Source: Chiloscyllium plagiosum (lineage: Eukaryota). Taken from it: DNA of 20,000 bases. A program made the translations under genes and the position numbers. The stretch covers positions 58,955,139 to 58,975,138 of the forward strand of contig NC_057719.1 of NCBI RefSeq assembly GCF_004010195.1, read 5' to 3'. Below are positions 19,775 through 20,000 of this stretch, in pieces (the first letter of the stretch is position 1; every line of letters starts with the position of its first letter). Under the pieces are notes generated by a model. That model was not told the DNA's origin and made no database searches. It was given only the letters and a program-made list of their open reading frames with translations.

Positions 19775-20000
19775 TGGAAAAAGTGAGGACTGCAGATGCT
19801 AGAGATCAGAGCTGAAAATGTGTTGCTGGAAAAGCGCAGCAGGTCAGGCAGCATCCAAGGAGCAGGAGAATCAACGTTTCGGGCATGAGCCCTTCTTCAG
19901 GAATGAGGAAAGTGTGCCAAGCAGGCTAAGATAAAAGGTAGGGAGGAGGGACTTGGGGGAGGGGCATTGGAAATGCGATAGGGGAAGGAGGTTAAGGTGA
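19775..20000 (-). mobile_element. Penelope-like element terminal region, running off the window
   Basis: Reverse complement matches the 5203-5311 family; hammerhead core CTGAAGA-AGGGC-TCAT-GCCC-GAAAC-GTT. Confidence 0.78.
19869..19904 (-). ncRNA. Minimal hammerhead ribozyme motif
   Basis: Minus strand ATTC-CTGAAGA-AGGGCTCATGCCC-GAAAC-GTT-GATT; core intact, stem I weak. Confidence 0.6.

Overview
Vertebrate genomic DNA, not prokaryotic. The V-SINE, CR1, Penelope and Gypsy repeat spectrum points to a cartilaginous fish, probably a shark (inference). The + strand carries five phase-0 coding exons of a tetratricopeptide-repeat gene recognisable as TTC6 (1-48, 134-283, 2232-2372, 12514-12627, 15255-15374). 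The introns hold layered mobile DNA: a decayed Gypsy LTR retrotransposon (6307-12298, - strand), V-SINEs, CR1-type LINE fragments, a TA-flanked MITE, four Penelope-like insertions with hammerhead-ribozyme cores, and an inverted-repeat element split by a CR1 that itself contains a Penelope insertion. The most striking feature lies in the Gypsy 5' LTR. At least five poly(A)-tailed 3' ends of a Tx1-clade non-LTR retrotransposon are stacked head-to-tail at one site overlapping the putative LTR TATA box. Each is bounded by a copy of the ~15-bp target AACACTCCTGTTTAT(A), two carry apparently transduced LTR sequence, and the same site in the other LTR is empty. This suggests a target-specific retrotransposon that parasitises the promoter of an LTR retrotransposon. 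Family assignments are from recalled motifs; no database search was run.
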